64,000 bases of DNA from Arenicellales bacterium (lineage in GTDB: Bacteria; Pseudomonadota; Gammaproteobacteria; Arenicellales; CBDCFT01): positions 4,927,478 to 4,991,477 of the forward strand of contig OZ244198.1 of the NCBI GenBank assembly GCA_965216735.1, read 5' to 3'. Numbering within the stretch: the stretch's first letter is position 1; each line of letters begins with the position of its first letter. A model generated the notes under the pieces. The model was not told where the DNA came from. It saw nothing but the letters and a program-made list of their open reading frames with translations, and made no database searches. Positions 1-7,855 of this stretch are shown in pieces. Position numbers and translations under genes: made by a program.

Positions 1-113
1 CTTGTGTTACTAAATATTATCAATCGTTGCCATGGTGATGCATTTATTTAGAAGAGGCTAAGAGAAAGCATGCACGAAACATTACTAAACGTAAAAGCAA
101 TTGTTTAGATAGT

Positions 114-401
114 ATGCACAATCCACCGCATCCGGGTGAGTTTATCTACGAGATTTACCTGGAACCGTTCAACATCAGTTTGCGTAATGTCGCGGAGAAG
201 CTGAAAGTGTCACCGTCGACGTTCAATCGTCTGATAAACGGTGAAAGTAATGTTAGTCCTGATATGGCGCTACGTCTTTCGAAAACGCTGGGTCGGAGTC
301 CAGAAAGCTGGCTTTCGATGCAAGACAACTACGACCTGTGGCACGCGAAAAAGCAGGTCAATTTAAAGGACGTGGAGAAACTAAAGATATCCGCAGCGTA
401 G
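114..401 (+). CDS. higA: HigA-family antitoxin / XRE-type HTH DNA-binding protein
   Basis: 95-aa ORF. The N-terminal 'HPGEFI..EIYLEP' and the HTH 'LRNVAEKLKVSPSTFNRLINGESNVSPDMALRL' fit the HigA/VapI antidote pattern. No recognisable HigB-like reading frame in the 113 nt upstream. Confidence 0.8.
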   Translation: MHNPPHPGEFIYEIYLEPFNISLRNVAEKLKVSPSTFNRLINGESNVSPDMALRLSKTLGRSPESWLSMQDNYDLWHAKKQVNLKDVEKLKISAA

Positions 402-550
402 CGCAAAGAAGGTATGAAATCGGCGTGCGTGCCAAAATCGTGACACGCCCCTAAAATTTCAACTCGTTTTCTGTTTTTAATTGACACACGATTTTTAGCA
501 AGCGTCGCAAGTGACTGATTAGAATTAAGAATTAGTCGTACTTTCGAGGT

Positions 551-594
551 CTCATAATCGCAAGGTCGGTGGTTCATCCCACCCATAGCCACCA
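551..594 (+). pseudogene. 3' fragment of a tRNA(CAU) gene (Met/Ile2-like), running from the anticodon loop to CCA; the 5' half is absent
   Basis: 'CTCATAA TCGCA AGGTC GGTGG TTCATC CCACC CATAGCC ACCA' reads as anticodon loop (CAT), 3' anticodon stem, variable loop, T-arm (loop one nt short) and acceptor 3' strand plus CCA. It resembles E. coli metT/ileX 3' halves. There is no GGCTATG acceptor 5' strand or D-arm in the ~90 nt upstream. Confidence 0.5.
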
Positions 595-789
595 ATTCGT
601 TCCTCATCCGTTCTCGCCGCCGTTTTGTGAAAAATTCTGCACGGATAGTGTGCGTTAACTGGTAGAAGGATGGCCCGCAAACGAATAAATATTTTTCCTT
701 TATAAACAACCGTACGTTGGTGACCCGCCCGCGCACCACTATCTCACATATTTGTCAGGTATAATTGTGCATCGGTTTGTTTTGCGCAG

Positions 790-1782
790 TTGGGGGGTTT
801 AATTCTTATGTTATTCAGGGAATACAGCACAGACGGCGAATGCCGCCTGTCCGCGTTTAAACCCGGTGTTGCAGGTGGTGTGGAGATTTCCGCGTCGGTG
901 GGTGAAAACGGCAGGAACCGGTATGAAGACGTACGAACGATTCAGGATGCGTTGAATCAAGTGCCTGCGGAACGGGGTGGGCCGCAGCCAGCACTTAAAG
1001 TGGATGGTTACGTGGGGCCGAAGACCCTGGCGGCCATTCGCAAATTCCAGACCGAGGCCTGTGGTTTCAAGTGGCCGGACGGTCGGGTGGACGTTGAAAA
1101 ACGTACCCATCAGAAACTGCGCGAATTTTATATTGACCCAAATCCTTACCATTTAAAACTGATCTATATCATGTTGCCCAATGCTGTGCATTGGATGAAT
1201 AACGCTAGACGCGCTTTGATGGAGGCACGCATGGCGCTGACTGGCGGGTTTGCCGCCTCGAATAAAGGGCTCAATATTCTCAATAAATATTTCCACATCG
1301 ACACCCTGCCCGTTCCTAAAGCGATCAATGCCATCGGCCGGATTGATCAAATATACCAGACCGGTATTGCGTGCATCGGACATGCTTCTCCGATGACCCG
1401 GGAAGGCAGTGGATATTTTCAGGAAGACCCCAAGCGAAACACGGCACACGCGTACACTTACGAGGGTGGTTATCACGTTGGCCCCAAGTGGAGCAAAGAC
1501 GCCGGATACTCCGGTCCCAACGTTCGCATGGATGCGATCTATATCTGTTCCCGGCGCTACAAGTCCTATAGCCTAGACACGTATACGATGGTCGTCGTGC
1601 ACGAACTTGCCCACTTTTGCGGTCCACCGCGGCCCAACGCGGATATTATCGAGGACCACAGTTATCGCCGCAAAGGTAGTGCTTTCTTCAAGCTATCCGC
1701 GAAAGATGCGATGCGTACCGCGGACTGTTATGCGCATTTCGCCGGCGAAGTCAGCTTAGGCAAAGAGGCGCCCTATCTTTAA
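790..1782 (+). CDS. Zinc metalloprotease: peptidoglycan-binding-like domain plus aspzincin (M35 / peptidyl-Lys endopeptidase-like) domain
   Basis: N-terminal 'DGYVGPKTLAAIRKFQ' is a PG_binding_1-like motif. C-terminal 'VVVHELAHFCG' (HExxH) is followed by 'RTADCYAHFAG', resembling the aspzincin GTxDxxYG third-ligand motif. No obvious signal peptide. The track start is TTG at 790; an in-frame ATG at 808 is more likely. Confidence 0.65.
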   Translation: MGGLILMLFREYSTDGECRLSAFKPGVAGGVEISASVGENGRNRYEDVRTIQDALNQVPAERGGPQPALKVDGYVGPKTLAAIRKFQTEACGFKWPDGRVDVEKRTHQKLREFYIDPNPYHLKLIYIMLPNAVHWMNNARRALMEARMALTGGFAASNKGLNILNKYFHIDTLPVPKAINAIGRIDQIYQTGIACIGHASPMTREGSGYFQEDPKRNTAHAYTYEGGYHVGPKWSKDAGYSGPNVRMDAIYICSRRYKSYSLDTYTMVVVHELAHFCGPPRPNADIIEDHSYRRKGSAFFKLSAKDAMRTADCYAHFAGEVSLGKEAPYL

Positions 1783-2043
1783 GCTGTAGTTTCTAGTCGA
1801 CGATCGGCTATCCGTTAGCCGCGTTCCCGACACCAACACAATACCGCGAGATCGTTGGTTCGATTTATTTTCTTGACTGAAACCAGTGGGCTCACAATCA
1901 GTGATGGAGTATTCTTCGCCGGTCAACCACTGGGTGTTTTAGGGCTTTACGGTTTTGTGTTTAATTGGAAATTCCTGTGGCCATGAGTACAAGATGGAGA
2001 AGATATTCTGAGTGATATATAACCACCGCGAACGATAATGGCT

Positions 2044-2562
2044 CTAAGAAAGAATTTCTTCGAGTGCGTAGAGTGTCTTTTGGGGAAATTTTTCTAACGG
2101 GTAAAATTGTGTGATGATAGAAAGCGCGTGGTCATGGGATTCGATATTTAGATAGCGCAGCAGGTAACGCACATCGGCCTCATCGTGAAATTCGAGGCCG
2201 ATACGCATGGCCAGGCATTTCATTGCGAGTAGATATTCCGGTTGTGCGACATACACCTTAAGGTTCGACAGATCGATGTAGTCGTCAAACGACCCTTTCT
2301 CGCTTAAAAATTCTTTAACGGCGTCGTTAAGCCATCGTTCGCCAAAACCGGTTTCCCTGCTGATTTTTTGTGCTGCTTCCCGTATTCGTCGCGCCGGTTT
2401 GAAGAAACCGTCGACATCAACGGTAGAAACACGCGCATCGTACATTAGACACATGACGGCTCCACCGACAAGGTACAGATCCCCCATAACTGATTCTTGT
2501 TTGAGTTCGTCGTTTAAAAGGTCGAACAGTTTTCGAATATCCGCCCGCGATAAAGAAGTCAT
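2044..2562 (-). CDS. Nucleotidyltransferase-fold protein (AbiEii/DUF6036-like), possible toxin-type NTase
   Basis: 172-aa ORF. 'LYLVGGAVMCLMYDARVSTVDVDGFF' matches the hGG..(x)n..DhD minimal nucleotidyltransferase signature. It lies 3 nt downstream of a small partner ORF on the same strand. Confidence 0.5.
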   Translation of the reverse strand: MTSLSRADIRKLFDLLNDELKQESVMGDLYLVGGAVMCLMYDARVSTVDVDGFFKPARRIREAAQKISRETGFGERWLNDAVKEFLSEKGSFDDYIDLSNLKVYVAQPEYLLAMKCLAMRIGLEFHDEADVRYLLRYLNIESHDHALSIITQFYPLEKFPQKTLYALEEILS

Positions 2563-2565
2563 CGT

Positions 2566-2775
2566 TTAGACACGATCACCTGCGGTCGCATCAATAAAAA
2601 TATTCCTGCGGCGAAATGCGATGGGCGACGACACAAGCAAATACAGTCGTAATTTGGATAATTCAGAGCCAAAATAAGGCGTTTGCGGTGGACGAATAGT
2701 TTTTGTCCATTCAGGCGCGGGAACCTTCTTCAGGTGTGCGGCATGTTTCACCATTGCCGCAAGGTAGCTGAACAA
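2566..2775 (-). CDS. Small ORF upstream of the NTase-fold gene; possible (truncated) antitoxin/partner
   Basis: 69-aa ORF with a TTG start, separated by 3 nt from the NTase-fold gene. No motif recognised. Only 56 nt remain before the divergent aldolase gene, so it may be an N-terminally truncated remnant. Confidence 0.3.
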   Translation of the reverse strand: MFSYLAAMVKHAAHLKKVPAPEWTKTIRPPQTPYFGSELSKLRLYLLVSSPIAFRRRNIFIDATAGDRV

Positions 2776-2849
2776 TGTTTATTCGGACTGTCGGTTCTTG
2801 GTTAGAATGTCCGTATCAAAATTAAAAACGTTTGATCTGGAAAGTAAAA

Positions 2850-3632
2850 ATGATTAATTCACCAAAACTAAAGTCACGGTTCTTAAACAACGAAAAACTA
2901 ACCGGTTGCTGGTTGGAAACTTTCAGTCCAATCGCCGCTGAGATCATGGCGTATGCGGGTTATGATGTTGTCATGATCGATTTGGAGCATGGCCCGGGGT
3001 CGGTGCTCGACGCGATTTCCATGGTACAGGCAATTCACGGAACGAATTGTCTACCGATCATTCGCGTTACGGATAGCGATGCCGCGACGATAAAACGCGT
3101 TATGGATGTCGGGCCGGCAGGTATCATGGTGCCCAACATACGCAATGTCGATGAAGCCCGCGCAGTAGTCGGCGCTTGCCGTTACGGACCATCCGGTATT
3201 CGCGGAGCCGCACCGGGGATAATACGGGCATCGGGTTACGGTGAGAATGTAAACGAATATTTACATTGGTTCGAAAACGAATTTTTGTTGATTGGTCAGA
3301 TCGAATCGAAAAGCGCCGTCGAACAAATCGGTGATATTGCGGCGGTTGAAGGTCTTGATATGTTGTTTATTGGGCCGTCGGATTTGTCCGCGTCCCTGGG
3401 AGAGTTGGGAAACTATGAAACGGATCAATTTAAGAAAGCAATGAAAAATATAGAAAGAGCGGCGAAGGAAAGTAGGAAATTATTGGGCACTATTCCTTTC
3501 CCCGGATATTCTGCAGAAAAACTGTATCGATCCGGTTATTCCTTTGTCGTCTCCGGAGCGGATACATTGTTGTTGCAAGAGGCCGCTAAAAACGACGTGA
3601 AATCTTTGCGCGAAGCCATTGCATCGGCTTAG
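2850..3632 (+). CDS. HpcH/HpaI-family 2-keto-3-deoxy-acid aldolase
   Basis: 'GCWLETFSPIAAEIMAYAGYDVVMIDLEHGPGS' and 'LLIGQIESKSAVEQIGDIAAVEGLDMLFIGPSDLS' are typical of the HpcH/HpaI aldolase family. ATG at 2850 is preferred over the track's TTG at 2832. Confidence 0.85.
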   Translation: MINSPKLKSRFLNNEKLTGCWLETFSPIAAEIMAYAGYDVVMIDLEHGPGSVLDAISMVQAIHGTNCLPIIRVTDSDAATIKRVMDVGPAGIMVPNIRNVDEARAVVGACRYGPSGIRGAAPGIIRASGYGENVNEYLHWFENEFLLIGQIESKSAVEQIGDIAAVEGLDMLFIGPSDLSASLGELGNYETDQFKKAMKNIERAAKESRKLLGTIPFPGYSAEKLYRSGYSFVVSGADTLLLQEAAKNDVKSLREAIASA

Positions 3633-3666
3633 GTAGAAATATCCTTCACAATGCATCCCTCCTAAC

Positions 3667-5091
3667 TTGACCGATACATCTAACTCACGCAGAAAGTTTC
3701 TCATTGCAAGTGCCGGCACGATTGCGAGCACTGCTTTGCCTCGATTGACTCGGGCGCAGACAGATCGAACAAGGGAATATCATTTAACGGCAACACATGG
3801 AACCGCGTATTTTCAAGGTGGTCCGTTCCCGCCAACACCGGTGTGGTGTTACAACGAGATGGTGCCGGGGCCGGTTATTCGTTCGAAACAAGGTGAACGT
3901 GTGCGCATCAAGCTTGAAAACCGGCTGGACGAACCCACCACCTTGCATTGTCATGGTATCCGCCTGCCGAACGCAATGGACGGTGTGCCCGATATCACGC
4001 AAGCGCCTGTAGAGCCGGGTAACTCCTTTGTCTATGAATTCAAGGTGCCGGACGCCGGGACGTTTTGGTATCACCCTCACATGAATAGTAATGAACAAGT
4101 TGGTCGCGGATTGTCCGGTGCCTTGATTGTTGAAGAACAAGAACCCGTTATCGTTGATCGCGAATTAGTCTTGGTACTGAACGACTGGCGCGTAACTGTG
4201 GAAGCAACGATTTCTGAGAGCTTCAAACGCATGCGCGATTTGAGTCACGCGGGCCGACTCGGCAACACCGTCACCGTCAATGGACTTATGGAACCCGAGT
4301 TGAGAGTGCGCAGTGGCGAACGCCTGCGACTGCGTTTAATCAACGCTTCCAATGCCCGCTCGTTCGCTTTGGATTTCGGGTTAACTAATGCGCGCATTAT
4401 TGCGATTGATGGGCAACCGGTTGGGCCGCATGCACCGGACGATGGTTTTGTTATTTTGGGTGCAGCTATGCGTGCGGATGTGGTGTTGGATATGATGGGT
4501 GCGCCAGGCGAGGTGGTCCCGATCACTGATCGATTTTATCGTAATCAATACGAAGCTTTTAGATTCTTTTATGCAAAACAAGATGCACTGCGTAATGAGC
4601 CATTAGATGCTCCGTTAGATTTACCAGCGAATCCGTTGCCGGAACCTGATATTAGCGATGCGCAACGTCACGAAGTGCTGTTAGCGGGTGGGGCCATGGG
4701 TAGGATGCGTGGCGCAAAAATCAATGGTCAGTGGACGGATATTCGAGAGATGGTGGATCGCGGTATGGTGTGGGCCATCAACGAGGATGTAGGCATGAAG
4801 CCTTTAAAAAAACCGTTGTTTGAATTTCAGGAAAATCAATCGGTGATATTGAAAATTAGAAATGACACCGCATTTGATCACCCCATGCATTTGCACGGTC
4901 ATTCGTTTCGAGTGATTAGCCGTGATGGCACACTAACAAAACATCGTGAGTGGCAGGATACGGTGTTGGCGATGAGTCGAGAAACCGTGGAGGTTGCATT
5001 CGTTGCAGACAATCCCGGAGATTGGATGTTTCATTGCCATGTGTTGGAGCATCAAATTAGTGGTATGACCAGTTTTATTCGTGTGCTGTGA
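3667..5091 (+). CDS. Tat-exported multicopper oxidase
   Basis: Twin-arginine signal 'SRRKFLIASAG'. Copper-site motifs 'HCHG', 'WYHPH', 'HPMHLHGH' and 'HCHVLEHQISGM'. Confidence 0.9.
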   Translation: MTDTSNSRRKFLIASAGTIASTALPRLTRAQTDRTREYHLTATHGTAYFQGGPFPPTPVWCYNEMVPGPVIRSKQGERVRIKLENRLDEPTTLHCHGIRLPNAMDGVPDITQAPVEPGNSFVYEFKVPDAGTFWYHPHMNSNEQVGRGLSGALIVEEQEPVIVDRELVLVLNDWRVTVEATISESFKRMRDLSHAGRLGNTVTVNGLMEPELRVRSGERLRLRLINASNARSFALDFGLTNARIIAIDGQPVGPHAPDDGFVILGAAMRADVVLDMMGAPGEVVPITDRFYRNQYEAFRFFYAKQDALRNEPLDAPLDLPANPLPEPDISDAQRHEVLLAGGAMGRMRGAKINGQWTDIREMVDRGMVWAINEDVGMKPLKKPLFEFQENQSVILKIRNDTAFDHPMHLHGHSFRVISRDGTLTKHREWQDTVLAMSRETVEVAFVADNPGDWMFHCHVLEHQISGMTSFIRVL

Positions 5092-5744
5092 TGACCGCGA
5101 AAAACTACTTATTCGATGCTGTTATTTTTGATTGTGACGGAGTATTAATTGATAGTGAACCCATCTACAACCGCATTTTAGCGGAATTGCTGATGGAGAA
5201 CGGTGTGTCGACCACTACGGAAGAATGCATCGACCGTTACATAGGCATGGATCTCAATCGTTGCATCGAGCTTGTCAACATGGCATTCAATACAACATTA
5301 CCCCCAACCTTCGTATCGGACTACAAAACCCGATCATTTGAGTCTTTTCAAACAGGACTCGTTTGCATGCCAGGGATTGAAGAACTTATACAATCAATGA
5401 CATTGCCGCTAGCGGTGGCTTCCAGCAGCGGGCATGATGAACTGCGTTTTACGCTTGATTTGGTTGGGCTTTATCAACGGTTTGACGGACGTATTTTCAG
5501 TGTCGATGATGTGGAGCGAGGCAAACCGCACCCCGATGTTTATTTTTACGCAGCGGAGCAACTAAACGTGGACCCCACTCGCTGCGCAGTCATTGAGGAT
5601 AGCGTGAACGGTGCAAAAGCGGGTATTGCAGCGGGAATGACCGTGTATGGTTACGCCAGCTTGACCGACGGGGATTTGCTGAGGAAAACGGGCGCGCATG
5701 TGTTTAAACACATGCGCGAATTGCACACATTGTTGAAACTTTGA
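5088..5744 (+). CDS. HAD-IA family hydrolase (beta-phosphoglucomutase-like)
   Basis: 'VIFDCDGVLIDSE' (DxDG motif I) and the C-terminal 'EDSVNGAKAGIAAGM' motif. Its start overlaps the multicopper oxidase stop (GTGATGA). Confidence 0.85.
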   Translation: MMTAKNYLFDAVIFDCDGVLIDSEPIYNRILAELLMENGVSTTTEECIDRYIGMDLNRCIELVNMAFNTTLPPTFVSDYKTRSFESFQTGLVCMPGIEELIQSMTLPLAVASSSGHDELRFTLDLVGLYQRFDGRIFSVDDVERGKPHPDVYFYAAEQLNVDPTRCAVIEDSVNGAKAGIAAGMTVYGYASLTDGDLLRKTGAHVFKHMRELHTLLKL

Positions 5745-5765
5745 ATAGATTTACTGGTTTAACTC

Positions 5766-6845
5766 TTAGCCCTCACCCAGAGCATCCAACACAAACGTAT
5801 TCAAAGCTTTAATCGTGTGTTCGCTGTTGGCGCCGCGCGCAGGATCGATGACTAATTGGCCCGGTTTGTAACCGCGGCTGTTTAATCCACGTTGTACTGA
5901 ATTAATCAAGGCCAGGTCTTCATCGAATGTGGTCGTACGGTCTAGTTCAATCAAGTTCGCATGATCGTCGGAAATTTCACCATTTGGTAACCACCACTCG
6001 CGATACACTGTTGTGCCTTTTACCTGGTCGGTGTGCCAGCGATAGGTGTTGACGATGTTGCCCGGATAAACCTGCAGGCCGAAATTCGGCCATAAGTACC
6101 AACTGCTGTACTGGTCATTTACAGCGTCGCCGTAGTCATAAGCGGACTTGTTGGAAGGTTTGGCGATGTGCCGGAAGCTATAACCATTGGTTTCGATGTG
6201 GTAGGAGTCACCGGACACCACGCTGCTAGTGAAGGCTTTATGCACCACCCGACAGTGATAACACTCATTATAGTTTTCGACGGACACTTTCCAGTTGACC
6301 GGATCACTTACGCTGTGCGTATGGGCTAATGCCACATTTTCGACGTTGGGGTTAAAGTCACGTATTTGCTGTTCGATTCCAGGAAAGGTGTCCGCCATAC
6401 TTTTCGCATTGTCATCCAGGTTGACAAAAACAAAGCCACAAAAGGTTTCCAATCGAACTTCCGTCAAACAAATTTCAGAAGCATCGAATCCCGGTGTCGT
6501 TTCCGAGTTTCTCGCTTTACGCAATTTACCGTCAGTTTCATAAGTCCAGGCGTGATACGGACAAGAAATCAAGGTCTTGTTGCCGCTTCCTTCCAGTAAT
6601 TCGTGGGCGCGGTGTTGGCACACGTTATAAAAGGCACGCAACGTACCGTCGGTTCCACGTATGGCAAATAGGTCCTGATCGCACACACTAAACGTGACAT
6701 AGTCACCGGGTTGTTGCAGTTGCGATACATGTCCGGCCACTTGCCATGTTTTAAAGAAAATATGTTCCTTTTCCCGTTCAAAAACCGCGGGGTCGTTGTA
6801 GTAGCGCGGATGCAACGCACGCGCCGGTTGCGAAATATCATTCAT
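5766..6845 (-). CDS. Rieske [2Fe-2S] non-heme iron oxygenase alpha subunit, CntA/YeaW-like
   Basis: Rieske motif 'CQHRAHEL...CPYHAWTY'. 'NWKVSVENYNECYHC' and 'DEDLALINSVQRGLNSRGY' run colinear with E. coli YeaW / carnitine monooxygenase CntA as I recall them. Confidence 0.85.
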   Translation of the reverse strand: MNDISQPARALHPRYYNDPAVFEREKEHIFFKTWQVAGHVSQLQQPGDYVTFSVCDQDLFAIRGTDGTLRAFYNVCQHRAHELLEGSGNKTLISCPYHAWTYETDGKLRKARNSETTPGFDASEICLTEVRLETFCGFVFVNLDDNAKSMADTFPGIEQQIRDFNPNVENVALAHTHSVSDPVNWKVSVENYNECYHCRVVHKAFTSSVVSGDSYHIETNGYSFRHIAKPSNKSAYDYGDAVNDQYSSWYLWPNFGLQVYPGNIVNTYRWHTDQVKGTTVYREWWLPNGEISDDHANLIELDRTTTFDEDLALINSVQRGLNSRGYKPGQLVIDPARGANSEHTIKALNTFVLDALGEG

Positions 6846-6919
6846 GTCGATCTACCTCTATGCACAAACTCGTAGTCAAATAACCGTATGCAAAGCCTTA
6901 TGGCGTTATGATTTTGCGC

Positions 6920-7795
6920 TTAAGTCGCGGTGCAGTAAACATCAGATTCATAACGTGCACGATGAAAATCCTCTATCTTCGATACCACTTTCGCGCCCGC
7001 ATCCGCCACCATGAATGCGGTCAAGGATTCCAACAATGCGCCACTAGCGAGCAAAGAAGGAAAAAATTGTGGTGTTTCGGTGCTCACCACGAATACATGA
7101 TCGGCCTTCAATGCTATGGGCGACGCACGGCTGTCGGTCAAAGATACGATTTTCGCACCTCGTTCCCGTGCAACATGAACGGCATTGACGACTTCGCGCC
7201 GGTAAGGATCAAATGTCATGGCTAATAGGACATCTTGTTTGCCGATCCGGGCGATATCGTCGATGGGTAAGCTCCCGTGTCGAGGCACCAGAACCAGATG
7301 GTCGAATGCCATACGTGCGATGTACCAGAAGTTGTGTGCCAGTGCATAACAACTGCCAACACCGAATATGTAAGTGTTCTTGGACTTAACAATTAGACCC
7401 GCCGCCTGTTTGACTTCGTCCGCGCTAATGTTAGAAAACAACTCTTCGATATTCGATAAACTGGTGGCGGCCATTTCTCCATAAAGTTTGCCATGGCGCT
7501 TGCCACGAGTAACGGATTGCAACCAGCGGGCACGATCGGGGAAGTTCACCACACCGTCACGTAACACTACACGAAACGGTTCACGGAACGATTCATAGCC
7601 CTCGAAACCGAGAGTTTTAGCCATCCTTACCAGTGTATTTGGATTCACCTCAGCGGCGGTGGCGACGGCACGCATAGAGTTCACTCCGATTTCGTTGGGG
7701 TTATCAAGCACGTATTGCGCGGCCTGGCGCAGTTGCGGGCTAAAGTCGCCGTAGCTATCCGCCAGTTTGTCGAGAATGTTAGTGGTCGGTGACAT
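6920..7795 (-). CDS. MurR/RpiR-family transcriptional regulator (HTH_6 + SIS domain)
   Basis: N-terminal 'LRQAAQYVLDNPNEIGVNSMRAVATAAEVNPNTLVRMAKTLGFEGY', then a SIS-like 'TYIFGVGSCYALAHNF' region. Divergent from the DMGDH-like gene. Confidence 0.85.
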   Translation of the reverse strand: MSPTTNILDKLADSYGDFSPQLRQAAQYVLDNPNEIGVNSMRAVATAAEVNPNTLVRMAKTLGFEGYESFREPFRVVLRDGVVNFPDRARWLQSVTRGKRHGKLYGEMAATSLSNIEELFSNISADEVKQAAGLIVKSKNTYIFGVGSCYALAHNFWYIARMAFDHLVLVPRHGSLPIDDIARIGKQDVLLAMTFDPYRREVVNAVHVARERGAKIVSLTDSRASPIALKADHVFVVSTETPQFFPSLLASGALLESLTAFMVADAGAKVVSKIEDFHRARYESDVYCTAT

Positions 7796-7797
7796 GG

Positions 7798-7849
7798 TAC
7801 AATTGTATCAAAAATTATTGTAAATAGTACAAACATATCTATACAATTG
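7798..7849. promoter_or_regulatory. Divergent promoter region with a repeated TACAATTG(TA) motif; candidate RpiR-type operator
   Basis: A perfect 10-bp palindrome TACAATTGTA at 7798-7807 and a second TACAATTG at 7842-7849, within the 60-bp gap between the divergent regulator and the DMGDH-like gene. Confidence 0.3.
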
Positions 7850-7855
7850 CCACCT

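Noticed and set aside
1-113. The C-terminal end of a HigB toxin upstream of higA.
   Set aside because: None of the three forward frames gives a RelE/HigB-like C-terminus. Frame 1 ends 'LVLLNIINRCHGDAFI*', which I cannot relate to the family, and the window is too short to decide.
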